Origin: Blepharisma stoltei ATCC 30299
Lineage: Eukaryota > Protista > Ciliophora
Direction: 5' to 3'
DNA: 64,000 bases
Assembly: GCA_965603825.1 (NCBI GenBank)
Contig: CBFDEM010000038.1
Coordinates: forward strand, 124,001 to 188,000
Within the stretch, counting starts at the first letter, position 1. Each line of letters begins with the position of its first letter. The translations under genes and the position numbers were made by a program. Positions 51,101 to 64,000 of the stretch are shown piece after piece. Below the pieces are notes generated by a model. It was not told where the DNA came from, did not search any database, and worked only from the letters and a program-made list of their open reading frames with translations.

Positions 51101-52845
51101 GTACCTAAATTTTCTTTGTCCTTGATCAAAAGAGTTTCTTTCGTAAATTGGTAAATAATCTCATTTAGTTTTAAGTCTTTCAGTGCAATGCTTTCTGCCC
51201 ATTTATCAAGAAGTTTAATCAAAGATGTTTTAAAGCCAAAAACATTTCAAATTTCATAAAGCGGAGTATTAAAATCTTTCATAAGCTTTTCAGATAGCAC
51301 AACTGCATAATCATAGTCAGAAAAAAATGGATCAGAGTACGTTTTGAATATCAAATGATATGATTTCATCCTAGCTTCTTTTTTCTCATTACTTTGGTTT
51401 ATAACATTTCATATAATGGATTTTATATTGTCTATATATGTTAAGCATTTAAATCGCTGATCCAAACCAGAAACAGCCTTAAAAAAATCAATGACATCGT
51501 TCATAGACACTATATAGGTCTGACAGAACTCAAAAAGCAATTTCCAGCATTCACTTATTTGGCCATCTGAATCATTTTTCAAAATAATATTTTGTAAATT
51601 ACTCAAAAAATCCTCACAATTCAAATTCCAATTTGAAAGTGCTAAATGTCTGAAAAGCTTTAAAAACTCTTCAAATTTATAAAGACTAATTTTTTCAAGA
51701 ATAAATGCTTTTTCTTCTAGTCTTAAATAAATTTTAAATAAACGCAAGTCTGCTAAAAAATGATTCAATATAGAAAATTTCAAAAAATCATTCAAATCGT
51801 AATTAAGAATGCTCATCCAATCTTCTCTTTTTTCTTTAATGTTGAATATCATTAAATGGACTAATCCTTCTAATGAATGAGGACTAGATGCCAAATTTTG
51901 CATGTTTTCTGAGTTTTGTAATAAGATAGAAGATTGACAGAAATTGACTTCTTTGTATTGTATCATTGAATGAGGAACACATGAAATCAAAGAGATCAAG
52001 ATATGCAGCTGATCTGCTGATAAAGAAGGGTTTTCGCTTATAAATTCTTCCACTATTCTAAAGAAGATGCTTGCGTTTTCTCAAAAAGCAGTTATCTCAA
52101 TTATATATTGTGCTCTAAATTGTTCGATAAGCATAGGAATTCTTCTCTCTCAGTCCTGATTTCTTAATAAAAAATCAGTATAAATTGATAACTCTTGCAG
52201 TGGATCAGTTTGAAATTTGTCAATAGGGATGGTTTTTGACTTCTTACTAGGCTTAGAAGCTACTTTTAAACCAAACAAGAAAATATGTTGGAAATGTATA
52301 TTCAATGTTCTTATAGGATCAATAATTGGCACGTTTACTTTTATATCTTTATTTTTTGGATCTTCTGAAAAAAGCGTTATCTTGATACGTCCATCCCACC
52401 TATCCCGAGGCAAAAAAGGGATAGTAAATATTTTTATATTTGGGCTAAATTTTTCATAATAGCCATTATGCATATAGAATTTTTCACAGTTTCCTTTATT
52501 TTCCCTTGTAAAAACTAGAGAACAATTTGTGAGATTTTTAGAGTTAAGATTGCACAAAGCATAGACATAGTTAAATTTTTGCAAAGAACTGATGCTTTCT
52601 GGAGAAATTTGATTAGGCAAGGAGTCTGTGCTATCTATATCTGTAAAAGATGATAAAATTTGATTTCTGCTTTTCATCTCAATTTCAGGATTACTTGAAG
52701 AACCTTGCGCCTGCAATGATTTGGAAAGAATTTCTTTTTTTGGATAATTAGAAGTACTTTTCGAGCTTTCTTCTTCCTTCTTTTCATAAGTTTCGTCTTT
52801 CTTTTTATCCTCTTCAGACTTCTCTCTTCCCTTTATGCTACTCAT
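39199..52845 (-). CDS. RNF213: RNF213/mysterin-like AAA+ ATPase / RZ-finger E3 ligase, copy B (complete, 4548 aa)
   Basis: 13647 nt in one frame from ATG 52845 to TAA 39199. Every break in the ORF track is TGA. Full RNF213 AAA motif set (HAGLGKT, GETGCGKT, FFDEFNTT, GKPGSSKS, FDEIGLAE) and an RZ finger at 41362-41478. Confidence 0.92.
41362..41478 (-). other. RZ-type zinc finger of copy B
   Basis: YKCSIDCDYIYPVTRCGGPTQQSLCPFCGRKIGGSRHKL matches the RNF213/ZNFX1 RZ pattern C-x3-[H/C]...CG.P....C..C...IGG..H. Confidence 0.85.
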
Positions 52846-52892
52846 ATTTTATATAAAGGCTGGATTCTACATATTTACTAAAGCTTTATTAA
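52843..52892 (-). promoter_or_regulatory. Upstream motifs shared with the RNF213-like copy A promoter
   Basis: See 7967-8064. Confidence 0.5.
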
Positions 52893-53938
52893 GATTTCTA
52901 TACTTTTAGAAATAGAGTTTTTATTTATAAATCAATTTTATTATTATGGTCACCACTCCCAAGTGAGCCATAAAATAAAGTATATAAAACTAATTTAAAG
53001 TATATATATTTTTGCTTTCTATTTGAGCTTTATTTTGCATTTCCAGCATAAATAAACTCAAATTATTTAACTTTATTTCAAAGTTCAGCATTCAGTTTAT
53101 TTGTGTCAGGCTTCTTAGCAGCAAAAATCATCGTGCATAAATAGTCTCTTATTGTGACTCTATTTAAAGATGCAGATAAAAGTGCATCTTATATTTATTA
53201 AATGCTAATTAAAACTGTGTATGCAAATATTAAATCTGGAAAGCTAAGTGCTACTTGCAAATTTTCTACCTCTTTGCAAAGCTATTATCTTATATTTAAT
53301 CTATAATCAAAGACCCTTCAGGATGGGATTCATCGGGCAGTAGGATTAAGTTTATTATGCTTGAATAAGATCAGATATATATTTAGCAGTAACATTTTTA
53401 TTTTATTATTAGCACTTATATTAAGAAATTTACTATCAAAATAATAGGATAGTTATAAATATTAAATAGGCTCCTTTATGAGAATTATGATAAAAGTGCA
53501 AATTTTCTGTAGTTTATCCAAAATTTATTAATAACGCATATATTTTTTTGAGTTGATTTATTTAATTATTTGCAAAAACTAACATAAGATCTTTATAAAA
53601 ATTGTTTTAATTTGCAAAGAAACACCAGGTTATAGCATAGCAAATTAAGAATTTAATAAAATGAGATTTCAATATATGTTGTCAAAATTTTAACACTCAA
53701 ACTCTTTCTCAGCTCTATTAATTATCATAGTCATCGTTTATTAGGCCATCTTGTAAAATTAGAAATATCGTGATAGTGAGCAATTCCTCCTTCCCTTCTT
53801 TCTACTTTTTAATAAAGAAAATATAAAGAGCCTGCATAATCAAGGAGTTTAAGATATATTAAACTTTATAGATTATTTTCTTAATTTTTAAAAGAAATTA
53901 ACCACTCAGCTTTCAATAAATTTCACTTAATATTATTG

Positions 53939-56900
53939 TTAGTCTCTACCTTCATCCCAATTAATAGACTCACGCTGTCTTGGCACTCTCCTTCTGGCTG
54001 CAGCAGCCTGCCTTATCTGTGAAGTCTCTGTTCTGTTAGTAATAATATTATGATTTTTTGCATATAGGAATTCATATGCTCTTAATGAGTGAGAAATTTC
54101 GATTAAACTTGGAAAAACTTCACTTAGGCTATCAATTTTCCATTGTTCGACACTGATGTCCCAAAAATCATATCTAGAAATATAAGTGCTAAGCTTATCA
54201 CCTGGCTGCAAATCAGCAGTAGAATTTCGGATTATAAACCTCATTAATGCGTCTTCTATTTGGAATTTAGTTGGATAAAACTGAGGACGCTGATCACACA
54301 TATTGATTAGTTCTACGATAGAAGCTTCTACAAGGTTAGCCTTATCAACTTGCTTGTATTCGGGGTTTATAAAACCTTTTGTGAATGGGAAATATCTTGC
54401 TTCAACGATCTGATATAAAGAAATGACATATTCGAGCTTAATTTCTGAAATCCTTGTACTGTCCTTCAAATGAGTTGAAATCCCTGAGGAATTCAACTCC
54501 TTGCAGAAATCTCGAATTGAATAGTCATTTTTTCCTTTGGAATAACGAAGATAGCAAATTACGTAGTTAAAAGATGTATAAATATCCTTAAGCGCCATAG
54601 AGTAATTCATTCGTGCACTCCTTTCTAGTTCACTGAAAAATAATTCAATGCTATGCAAACTTTCTGCACCTAATGCTTTTTGAGGGATAATTTCTTTAAT
54701 CTCTAATAAAAGCCCTGATTCTTCGCTTGTGGTGTTTAATAACTCAAATTGATATTGAATTAAATCAAGTCTAGTTGTATCAATCATTTTAGCCAAAAGC
54801 AGTTTTTTAGTCAACAATTTTTGCATCCTTTCAAAATCATATATAATTTCCCTACCTTTTCCATATATAGGATTGCTGAATGAGCAAACCCTGAGCAAAT
54901 CACTATCATCTATATGGAAAGATATTATATTTTGCTGTCTTAATTTTTGCAGCGGATATTCCGTTATCTTTTTTTGTTCTTCTCTATCCCTAGAGTTATT
55001 CGAAATAATTGAATTTATTTGTGAGAGATACTTATTTTGAATTTCAGCTAACTCATTTAAGGCAGCAGCCATGTACATTCCAGCGCCTAAAGCTTTATTA
55101 TCAACAAGAAAATAAGAAAGTGGGCTTTTAATATCAAAATTAATTGGACTCAAATCTTTGCAGCCATAGTGAAGATTATCAATTCCTTTAGCTTCCCATG
55201 CTTCAAGAAACTTTTTAAATAGAGGCTGGAGCTCTGAATGGTTATTTATGGCTTCACCAATGGTAATATTTAATGCATCACTTCGAAGAATTTTATGATT
55301 GTATATATCTAGCAATTTATTTGTGAATTCTATTATTGGATAGAGAGATTCTATTTTCTCGATTTCCTCAGAGTTTTCTAAATAAATACTAATCAATCTA
55401 AACTCCTTTGCTGATTGGTTCAATAAAAACTGATTTCGCATATTTTCCAGTGATGGTTTGTCTTTTGTTCTGAATAATTCTATATAGGGATAATTTTTAT
55501 CATTATTTAAGCTGATAATTTCATTTACATAGTCTTTAAAAGAATATTGGATTTCATAATGATTTCTAAGAAGTGTTGAATATTCCAAAATAGAATTTTG
55601 TGGGTTGAGATTTGGGATAATCAATTTATTTTCAAATTGTATTTCAAAAACATCTCTCATATTAGAAGAAAGCGGATCAAAATCGCACTCAGATAGCAGC
55701 TCGTCCAAATTTGATATTATCTTATACTCTCATAAATGGCCTGAATTTGAGCCACTTAACTCAAGTAATTTTTCATAGTCTAATTTTACAGATCTTCTTA
55801 AGCACCCATAGCCGGATTCTTGCAAGTGGGAAGGGTTTATTAATACTTCAAGAGTTGTGCTATCAATTGATCCTAATTGATTTAATGCAAAAATAACACT
55901 GCTTAAAACAAAATGCTGAGCGAGGTAGCTTGCTGGTTTTAGGTTTCTAACTGAGCTGATATCTCCTATTAGAGATCCAAAGAACTTTAAGCCTGCATCT
56001 GCTTCTCTACGATGTCTTATGACAGCATTCTTAATAAAATCATATGCTTCTCTATGATATAAATTTACATGCCCTTCTCTTTCTACCAGCTTATGACGTG
56101 TCCCTCCAATTTTTCTACCACAGAAAGGACACTCAGATTCCTGAGTTGGGCCTCCACATTTTGTTACAATATAAATATAATCACAATCGCTTGAACATTT
56201 GTAGGTGCTCCCTTTAGAATATTTTTTACTCCAAGTATCAGTTATAAAGGATTCGAAATTATCATAAATTTCTTGAGTATACTTATGCAATGGGTTAGGC
56301 TCTGCTCCAAAAATAAATCGGCTGTTAAATCTTTCAATTAAATTATCTATAGTTCCGTTTTCATTAAAGAAAAGAGAAGAAATTGGGTTTCTCCTTTGGC
56401 TATATGACAACGCAACTGTAAAAATCCCAAGAATTGTTAAAATTCTATGTAAATCTAATTCTGATGTATTTACTTCGAGTCTCAGGTCAGAATTAACTGG
56501 AAAATTATTGATATAGCAGAAAAATAGTTGATAAAATTCTTGACCTAAAGTAGTGCGAATTGCATCTTCTTTGAGATTAAACCAAATAATAATATTTTTG
56601 TTCATTTCTTTTTCTTTTGAATAAATTGAAAAGATTTCATTTAAAAACGCAATTCCTAAAGCGAGCTTTTGTTCAGGACTCTCAATTTCGTTAAGAATTC
56701 TATCATTTTCATTTTGGTCACCAACTTTATTCAAAATATTTCTTAGGCATTTTATGTTATTTTTATAGATTTCTGATATACGAGGAAAAACCAAAAATGA
56801 TTCTAAATTTAACTTCATTTGTGGCTGTTTTTCTTCATCAAGTTCTTTTATACGGTTAATTCATATCAGATTAGGATACTCTTGTATGAAAGTACTTAGA

Positions 56901-59900
56901 TCACATTTTGTAATCAATAATATTTTTTTAAGGCAATGCATTTTTAAAGTGTCGCCTATGTCTGACTCAGAAACAATTGTGCCTATATTATTAATTATTT
57001 CATTTTCTTTGTTAGAAATTATCATTTTTTTAGCAACCACAAAGCAATAAATATCGAGATAACTCTTTACCATAATCAAAGATACTAATTGTTTCACATT
57101 TGAGAAATTGATGTCTCTGTTTTTTGCAGTCCTCAAAAAATAATTAAAAATCTTTTCCTCCTCGCAGAGCTTTCTCCTATAATATTCATCTTCTTGATCA
57201 TCTTGATCTCTATCTTTTACCAATGTTTCCAAGTTATCACTTAAAATTATACCGAATTTGCTACAAATTCTTTGGTTGGATAAAGCTCTCTCTATTTCTT
57301 CTAAATAATTGTTGCTAATTAGCTCAAAATCAGCATTTGTATCATCTAATATATTCTTTTTTAGTTTTTCTATAGAATTTTTAATTTTTGATCTACTTGT
57401 AATTATATTCATAATCTTTGTAGAGTATTGCCAAAATTCTTCATTTTCAAGTTCTTCAGCGATATTTGCTATATAGTGTGGTTTGTGGTTTACCAAAAGC
57501 TTAAGAAAAGAGCCCATGAATTTATAATACTCTGATGAGTTTCTATATCTGTTTTCAACAATTCTAAAAACTGTATTTGCAAACTCATCTGTGAATATCT
57601 CTGAAGTTCTTTCTATATTTATCTCTGGTGCTTGAAAAGAAAGATTTAACAGAATTTCCCATTTTCCATTATTTTTTGCAATTAATTTGCTAAATAACAC
57701 CCAAAATTCAAGAAAGTCGAGACTATCAATAGAAGCACGCTCCTTTAATTCTATTTCAGTAAGTAAATAATACATTTTTTCCGCTTTGTTTGAATATTCC
57801 AAAACATTGAATTCGTGGGAATTGAATAAATGAGGCTGCATGTTGCCTATCAGCATCTTATAGACTGAATTTAGAGCAGTTTTCCAAATTTTTTGGTTTT
57901 CATCTTTACCAGCCTCAAACGAGTCTATATCAATTAAAATATTTTCCAAAACGGGAGTCACGCTCACAGTTAACTCTGGTAGAACATCAATTGCATTGCA
58001 TAATAAAACGCCAAGCTCTGCGATTTGCATGAATGAAATTAATTTTTCCTCAAATAATTCATCATCATGGAAAACTATATTAAGCAAAATTAAAATCATT
58101 TTTTTATGGTCTAAACTCAACAAATTTTCTTTAAGATAAATGGAGACGAGGTCATTGAAATACAGATCTTGAAGCAGGAAATGTTCTCCATTGAAATCTA
58201 TGGCTTTTTTATATATAGATTTTTTATTATATTTTTCATCAAATTTCTCAAAGGAAGTTTGAATAGGGTTTTTATTCATTTCAGAAATTTTATATAAGTT
58301 AAAAGCATCTTTAACAACTTTGTAGTCCATTCTTGAAAATGGAAAATAAAGTTCATATTCGTATTTTAGCAGATTTCCTTGGTTTAATCTTTGCAGTCCA
58401 ATATTATTGTCTACTGTCAAGCTCTTAAAAATATCAAGCCAGATCTGTTTTCTAAAATTATTAAATTGGGCGTAATAACTGCCAAAAGGCTGAACGTAGC
58501 TTAAAAGAGCACTTTTTTCCTCGAGGACATAAATAATCAGCTGTAGAGCGCTTTCTATTTCCATTCCAAGAACCTCTGAAATGGCCTCATGCAGGTTCGC
58601 AGAGTCATCAATAATCTTAGAGTTTAAAAAGATCTCTTCTTTCCAATCTTTCTTTATATTTATTATTTGCAGATATTTCCATATTTTTTCCTTAAAATAG
58701 CTAGAAATTTCAGGATCACTCCCAATAGTCTTAATTAAATCATTAAGATAGCTGCTAAATTTGTCTTCATTTTCTGCAGTGATCTCAATTTTAAACGAAA
58801 GCACACATTTCTCTGCCAAAAGTTCTATTTTCTTCTCAAAATTAAAAATATTATCGGCAAGAATTAATGATTTTGTATTTTTTGAGATTATTTCATCTGT
58901 AGCTTCAAATGAATCAGGATATAAACGATCAAACATTTTCATTTTCCATGATTCAAACAGCATAATATTTGAGTTGTATTTTATATTTCTCCTTATACGA
59001 ATCAATATACAGAATTTCTTATTTGATTTAGAATTTTCTGAATTTAATTTATCAATCAAAAATTTCACAAGTGGTAGATGGTTGCACTCTTCTCCAAAAT
59101 CAACCTCTAAAATGAATACCTTTTGGTCCTTATTTTGGTAAAATGCATTTAATTCTTTAGTAAGATCCTGCTTTGAGTTGAAACTAATCATTTCCTTTAT
59201 CACAATTTTTTCATCGTCATTTGTATTAAAAAATTTTCCTGAAATTCTTTTGTCGTAAGTAAACGCAATCAATTTATCAAATTCGCTTGCATCTTCTATC
59301 ATTGACTTTATGGTATCTTGGAAGTTAATACAATGCAATTCTTTCCAGGCATTTTTTATATTTTCTTTAAGATCTGGATCTATTGAAATTAATTCTAGTA
59401 ATATCAAAATATCAGAAGGGGCAATTTCTAGCAGAATATTTTTGCATTTTTCTAAAGTTTCTTTCTTTTTTCCTTGGCTATTGAAAAGTATAAGTAGTGC
59501 CAAGGTTTCTCTGTTGTAAATAGGAAATAGATGATTTTTGGTGAAACTTACTATTTCTTGCTCATTGATCATAAAAAATGAATTAATCCAATCTTCAAGC
59601 TTTTCTAATAAATTTGTTTGCTTTTTATTAAGAAGCGTATCGATTGATAAATAATGCTTTTCAAACCTATTGAGGAAAGGAGCATCTGCCTTTTCAACAT
59701 CATCTGGGCTTATCAGCGTAATGGCATGGAATTTTGGATGCACGTAGCAACTGGGATTAAAATTAGCCCCAAGTGAAATTTTACAATATTTTCGCTCACA
59801 GTTTTCTACTCCTTGGATTGCAAAGCTTTGATTAAATAAATCATAAAGCGAGCTATAAATATGGTTCATGTCTTTCAAAATGATAGATATCCCTAGTTCC

Positions 59901-62900
59901 ATATAAATTATAATATCATTTAAGCACTCAAAGCCATAATTATCTTGGCTTACATCATTCGCAAGGTTGCTTCCTATAATTATTCTCCTATCATTATGCT
60001 GGTCCAAGTATTTATCCAGAATAAAAGTAGCTATGTCAGGCTTGCCAATGAGCATCAAATATCTTGCATTAGGATCTTCTAAATTATCCTTTATTAAGTC
60101 AAGGGTTCTTGTATTTAATTCTGGCAAATTTATCTTGTAGTATTCATTAAATAAAGTGCACATAATAGATGTACCATAGCGTGTGCCTCCAAAGTTTCTT
60201 TCAATAGCGATTTTCACATATTTGAGAATATCTTCACTGGTGCTTGGGCTTTGCTTTGCAAATTTTTCTGAAACATTCTTAATTAAATGATAAAAGTCTC
60301 TCAAGCCATAAAAATTTGCATTTATTGTTTCTTGGATTTGCTGTTTTAAGCCCATATATGACTTAGCAAGATTTATGATTACAGGCACATAAATTTCATT
60401 ATCAGTATATGAATGATAAATGCTTAGTGCAGTAAACTTTAAATCTTTTTCATCAGGGTCCGGTCTGGCTAAATACAAAGCTCTGTTCATTTTAGAAGCG
60501 TCTAGCCGCCAATTAGATATTCCGATAAATCCAATATTAATGTTTTCTTTTTCAAGATAACTATGAAGCACCTTCAAAGGGTTGTGCTTCGATAGTTCAG
60601 CTAAGCCTATTTCATCAAACACAATTACAGGAAGCACCTCATGCCCTACTTTTGGATATCTTCCTGCTTTTTCAAACACTTCTATGATTCCTTCAGATTT
60701 GCAAGTTTCAGAGCCTTGAAAATGAACCATTGCAAGCTCTGGCAAAGTTCTAAAATAAGGATCATTTGATTTTTTACCTCTGAGATTAGCAAATATTAAT
60801 TGCACTGATAACGATTTGCTGCTTCCTGGCTTCCCACATATAAAAACAGGTATTTTATTAACAACGCATGGGATAATAGTAAAAATATTTTCTCTTAAAG
60901 CATTATTCAAAGCTGTGCCCTTAGGTAAATCCATCCTTGATATATAATCATTTTGCTCTGTTTCGATTATTTCAGTAATTTTTTGTACGTTTATCAAATC
61001 AGGCTTACAAAGAGAATCAGAAATTTTGTGTAAAAAAGATTGTCGATCATCATCAGATGCAATTCTCAGATAGTAGCAATGAGCAAATGCAAGAATTCCA
61101 GCTGATATCTCAATTTCCTTATCATTACTATAATATTTTTCCATTTTTGGGAATTTCCTAATCAATTCTCTTTTTCGATCACAGATTGACTCTCTGAACC
61201 ATAAAAACAAATCAATAAACCTTGAAACATCCCTTAAGCTAACACTGCTGACGTCCTCTGTTTCTTGAAAATGCTTATGTGCTACACATATTATATCAAC
61301 GAATAGCTCTTTATAGAGCGATTGAATTTGGTTTAGCATAGTCCATATATAAACTCTTGCATCTTCGTGTGTGAGAGTGCCAAAGTCCCATACATAATCT
61401 ATCATTGTTTCAGGGAGAGGCTTTACTATATGAACAAGTTTGTCTTCATTTTGGCTTCTCCTTGATTTCTGTATGCCAATATTTTGCTGCATACCTTTTT
61501 TAGAAGAAACTCTATATGGGTTGCATGCTCCAAGAAAAGCCAGATTTGAAGGCAGTGGGTTCCCATCAAGGGTTCTTTCGCACATAATTTCACAAATCAT
61601 GCCGATAGAGTCAGTTGTATTGAATTCGTCAAAAAATACCCATAATTTCTCCTCAATGCTTTCAGCTCTGGCTATTAACTCTGCCATTTTTTCTCTTATG
61701 TCCTTAGATGTTGTTCCTGCATGAATATTGATTTTTGCAAATTGAGACTTTTCATGCTCAGCTTCTTCCCCTTTGATTTCCTCATTTATTATAGGATTAT
61801 ATAAACAGTCTTGTGTGAGTCTTTTTCTCTTCGGCTTTCCTAATACTTTTTGAACTAGAAACTGTATTAAAGATGTTTTTCCGCACCCAGTTTCGCCCAT
61901 AATGATGACTGGAAGACCTGACTGGACTCTAAGATAAATAAGATTCATTTTCAAGAAATTGTCAGGAGTCATAACATATTCATCTTCTGCATACTCTTTA
62001 TCGAGCTCTACAGTCTTGTTATATGTATTCAACTTATTAAGTAGCTGAACATGGGTCATCTTTGAGTAGTCTTCAATATCATATTTCCCTAATTTTATAA
62101 TTTTAGCCAGCTTTTTGCCACTAAGATTGTATCTACTTTGTAAAAAAATCAATTTTTTGAAATTTTTTGGGACATGAACTGGATTTCGATAGATAGGTAT
62201 AAAAGACCCATCTTCTAGTAAAATAAGATGGAAATGGTTAGAAGACTCTCATTTGATATTATTTTGATATTTTGTGATCAAGGAAGAGATTTCATTGGTT
62301 TCATCAATTTGATTCCTAGAAATTTGTTCTGAAGATCTTTCTTGTATTTCTCTAACATTTGTTAGATATTTAGTGGTGAATTCCTTAGTTGAGTTTAAAA
62401 GGCAATCAAGAATCATTGTTCGCATATTTGAGTACTCTTTGGCAACGTCTCCAAGTGAATTTTTTTCTAAATCTCTTTTAAATTTTTTAATCATTTCAGG
62501 CGAAAATGGACTTCTTTTGAAGTTTATTAGTAGTCTATTTAATATTGACATAAAAATATGCAATTGCGTATAAGTTATCTGCTCTATGCCAACTTGAAGC
62601 GTAATAAAGTGTTTTTGTATTAAATCTATCATATCTCCTTTTGTCAAATCATCGATTATTTCTACATCATCCTCATCATCGATTGTTTTATTCTCATAAA
62701 CTTTTAAATATTTCCCCACAATTTGCATCGACTCATCGACGATTAGATGGTTTATATTAAATCTATCAAGATGCCGAGGAGTAACAAAGCTTAAATATTC
62801 TACAGATCTAAAAAGACTATTTCCATATGTATTTGCTATTTCAATCCAAATGGGATATTCTCTGTCTAAAACAAAAATATTTTCAGATGCACTTAAAGTC

Positions 62901-64000
62901 CTTAAAAGGCAAATATTGATTAAAATTTCGTTTAATAATGATGGGTTGCTTGTATAGCTGATATTTAAATGCAAAATAGTTCTTTCATAAGTGATATTGA
63001 GTTTCGAAAGCATTTTGCAAACTTCTGCATAATTAATATCCCCGCCGATTGGGAAGGTAATTAAATTAATGAGATCATTGGAAGCTTGATATTTTAGATT
63101 CTTTGTCTTCCCAAGCCCCGCACATGATGAAGTTATCACTCGAGTATTAGGGTCAATTGCAGTGATAAATTCATTTATTACCTCATCGTTTAAGAACTGA
63201 TTGGTGCTGAACCTGTTTACTTTTGGGACAGTTAAATCTTTAAAATACTGCAATAAATAGCATTTAGAGTTGGCTGTGATTATTGCGAGACCTGATTTTA
63301 TGTGTTCTAGGGTATATAATTCGTCAAAAAGAGCTTTGAATTTGGCTTGGTTGTCTTGGGAAAGATTTTCGCAGTTTATTAGTGAATAAATATTATAGCA
63401 AGGGTCTTTGAAGTATCTGTATAAGAAGGACTTTAACTCTCTTCAGTGTGTAGAGCTTTTGCAAAATAAAATTTGGGAAGCATTTGGAAAAGATCCCATA
63501 TAATATTTATAGATAGAAAAAATACCGTTGAGGTATTTAGTAGTGTCAAGAAGGATGATTTCACCTTGGTAAGTTGGAGATTTGGCGGATTGGTCAAGAA
63601 CAAACGACTGCTTATCAGAATTAGGAGTATTATCCAATACTTTGCCTAGATTTTCCAATCTTTCGCCTGGAGTTCCATCTGTAATAAGTTCTCTATAAGC
63701 AGAAATTGCAATACTTTTGCCCATAAATTTTAGGATATTCTGTGCTTCAATTCTTGAATCACAATTTGGGTTTAAAATATAATTTTCAATAGTCCAAAAT
63801 TGTTTTCCATTCAAAAATGTAAGACAAAAATGTTTAAGATACGAATGGCTTAAATCAATTTCCCACACTTTATATAAATCAGAAATTTCCTCTTCAAGTT
63901 GGCTCACATTTTCATAATTTCCATCATTGCAGCTAAATGAGACTCTAAGCTTGTCTTCGAGCACAGGGTAACCATTTTGATATAATTCATTCATGCAAGT
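53939..64000 (-). CDS. RNF213: RNF213/mysterin-like AAA+ ATPase / RZ-finger E3 ligase, copy C (3' part; starts beyond the right edge, >3350 aa)
   Basis: All pieces in one frame to TAA at 53939. Collinear with copy B through the AAA core, RZ finger (56087-56203) and C-terminus (WDEGRD vs WKKGRD). Confidence 0.92.
56087..56203 (-). other. RZ-type zinc finger of copy C
   Basis: YKCSSDCDYIYIVTKCGGPTQESECPFCGRKIGGTRHKL. Confidence 0.85.

Noticed and set aside
3897-62573. Short antisense or off-frame ORFs (e.g. 3897-4133, 15401-15736, 39437-39664, 58761-59141)
   Set aside because: They are shadows of real genes on the opposite strand, with no recognisable motifs.
1-64000. Fragmented ORFs read as pseudogenes or a bacterial operon of small genes
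   Set aside because: The pieces are in one frame, break only at TGA, and those TGAs align with TGG in paralogs.
1-64000. Mycoplasma, mitochondrial or other code-4 prokaryote-type source
   Set aside because: Importin-alpha, RNF213-like, Kelch-like genes, LINEs and presequence-bearing proteins indicate a eukaryotic nucleus.
1-64000. UGA as selenocysteine or Cys, or TAA/TAG as Gln
   Set aside because: TGA falls at Trp columns, the GPx active site is TGT, and intact genes contain no in-frame TAA/TAG and end in TAA.
1-64000. CRISPR arrays, tRNA/rRNA genes, telomeric repeat tracts
   Set aside because: None seen by eye. A tRNAscan/Infernal run would be needed to exclude small RNAs.

Overview
AT-rich eukaryotic nuclear DNA in which TGA is read as Trp. 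The ORF track is fragmented only because it treats TGA as stop. TGA in one paralog aligns with TGG in another, and intact genes end in TAA. This fits a Blepharisma-type ciliate code (the taxon is an inference). Re-read this way, the window holds a tandem, same-strand array of three giant RNF213/mysterin-like AAA+ ATPase genes: one complete (4548 aa, 39199-52845) and two running off the window edges. The two whose C-termini are in the window lack a recognisable RING but carry a variant RZ finger (C-x3-C instead of C-x3-H, catalytic Cys/His kept). This suggests an expanded cell-autonomous immunity locus in a unicellular eukaryote. Between the first and second RNF213-like genes lies a ~27 kb unstable block. 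In it a pair of genes, an IBB-less importin-alpha and a ~1060 aa mitochondrial-targeted helical protein with a RAP-like C-terminus, has been amplified four times as intact and pseudogenised copies, including a ~5.6 kb inverted duplication. The region also has a frameshifted Kelch-like gene, a Cys-type glutathione peroxidase, two non-LTR retrotransposon fragments (one with a clean 13-bp TSD and an empty site in the same window), and an unclassified TSD-flanked insertion with an internal ~100-bp hairpin.
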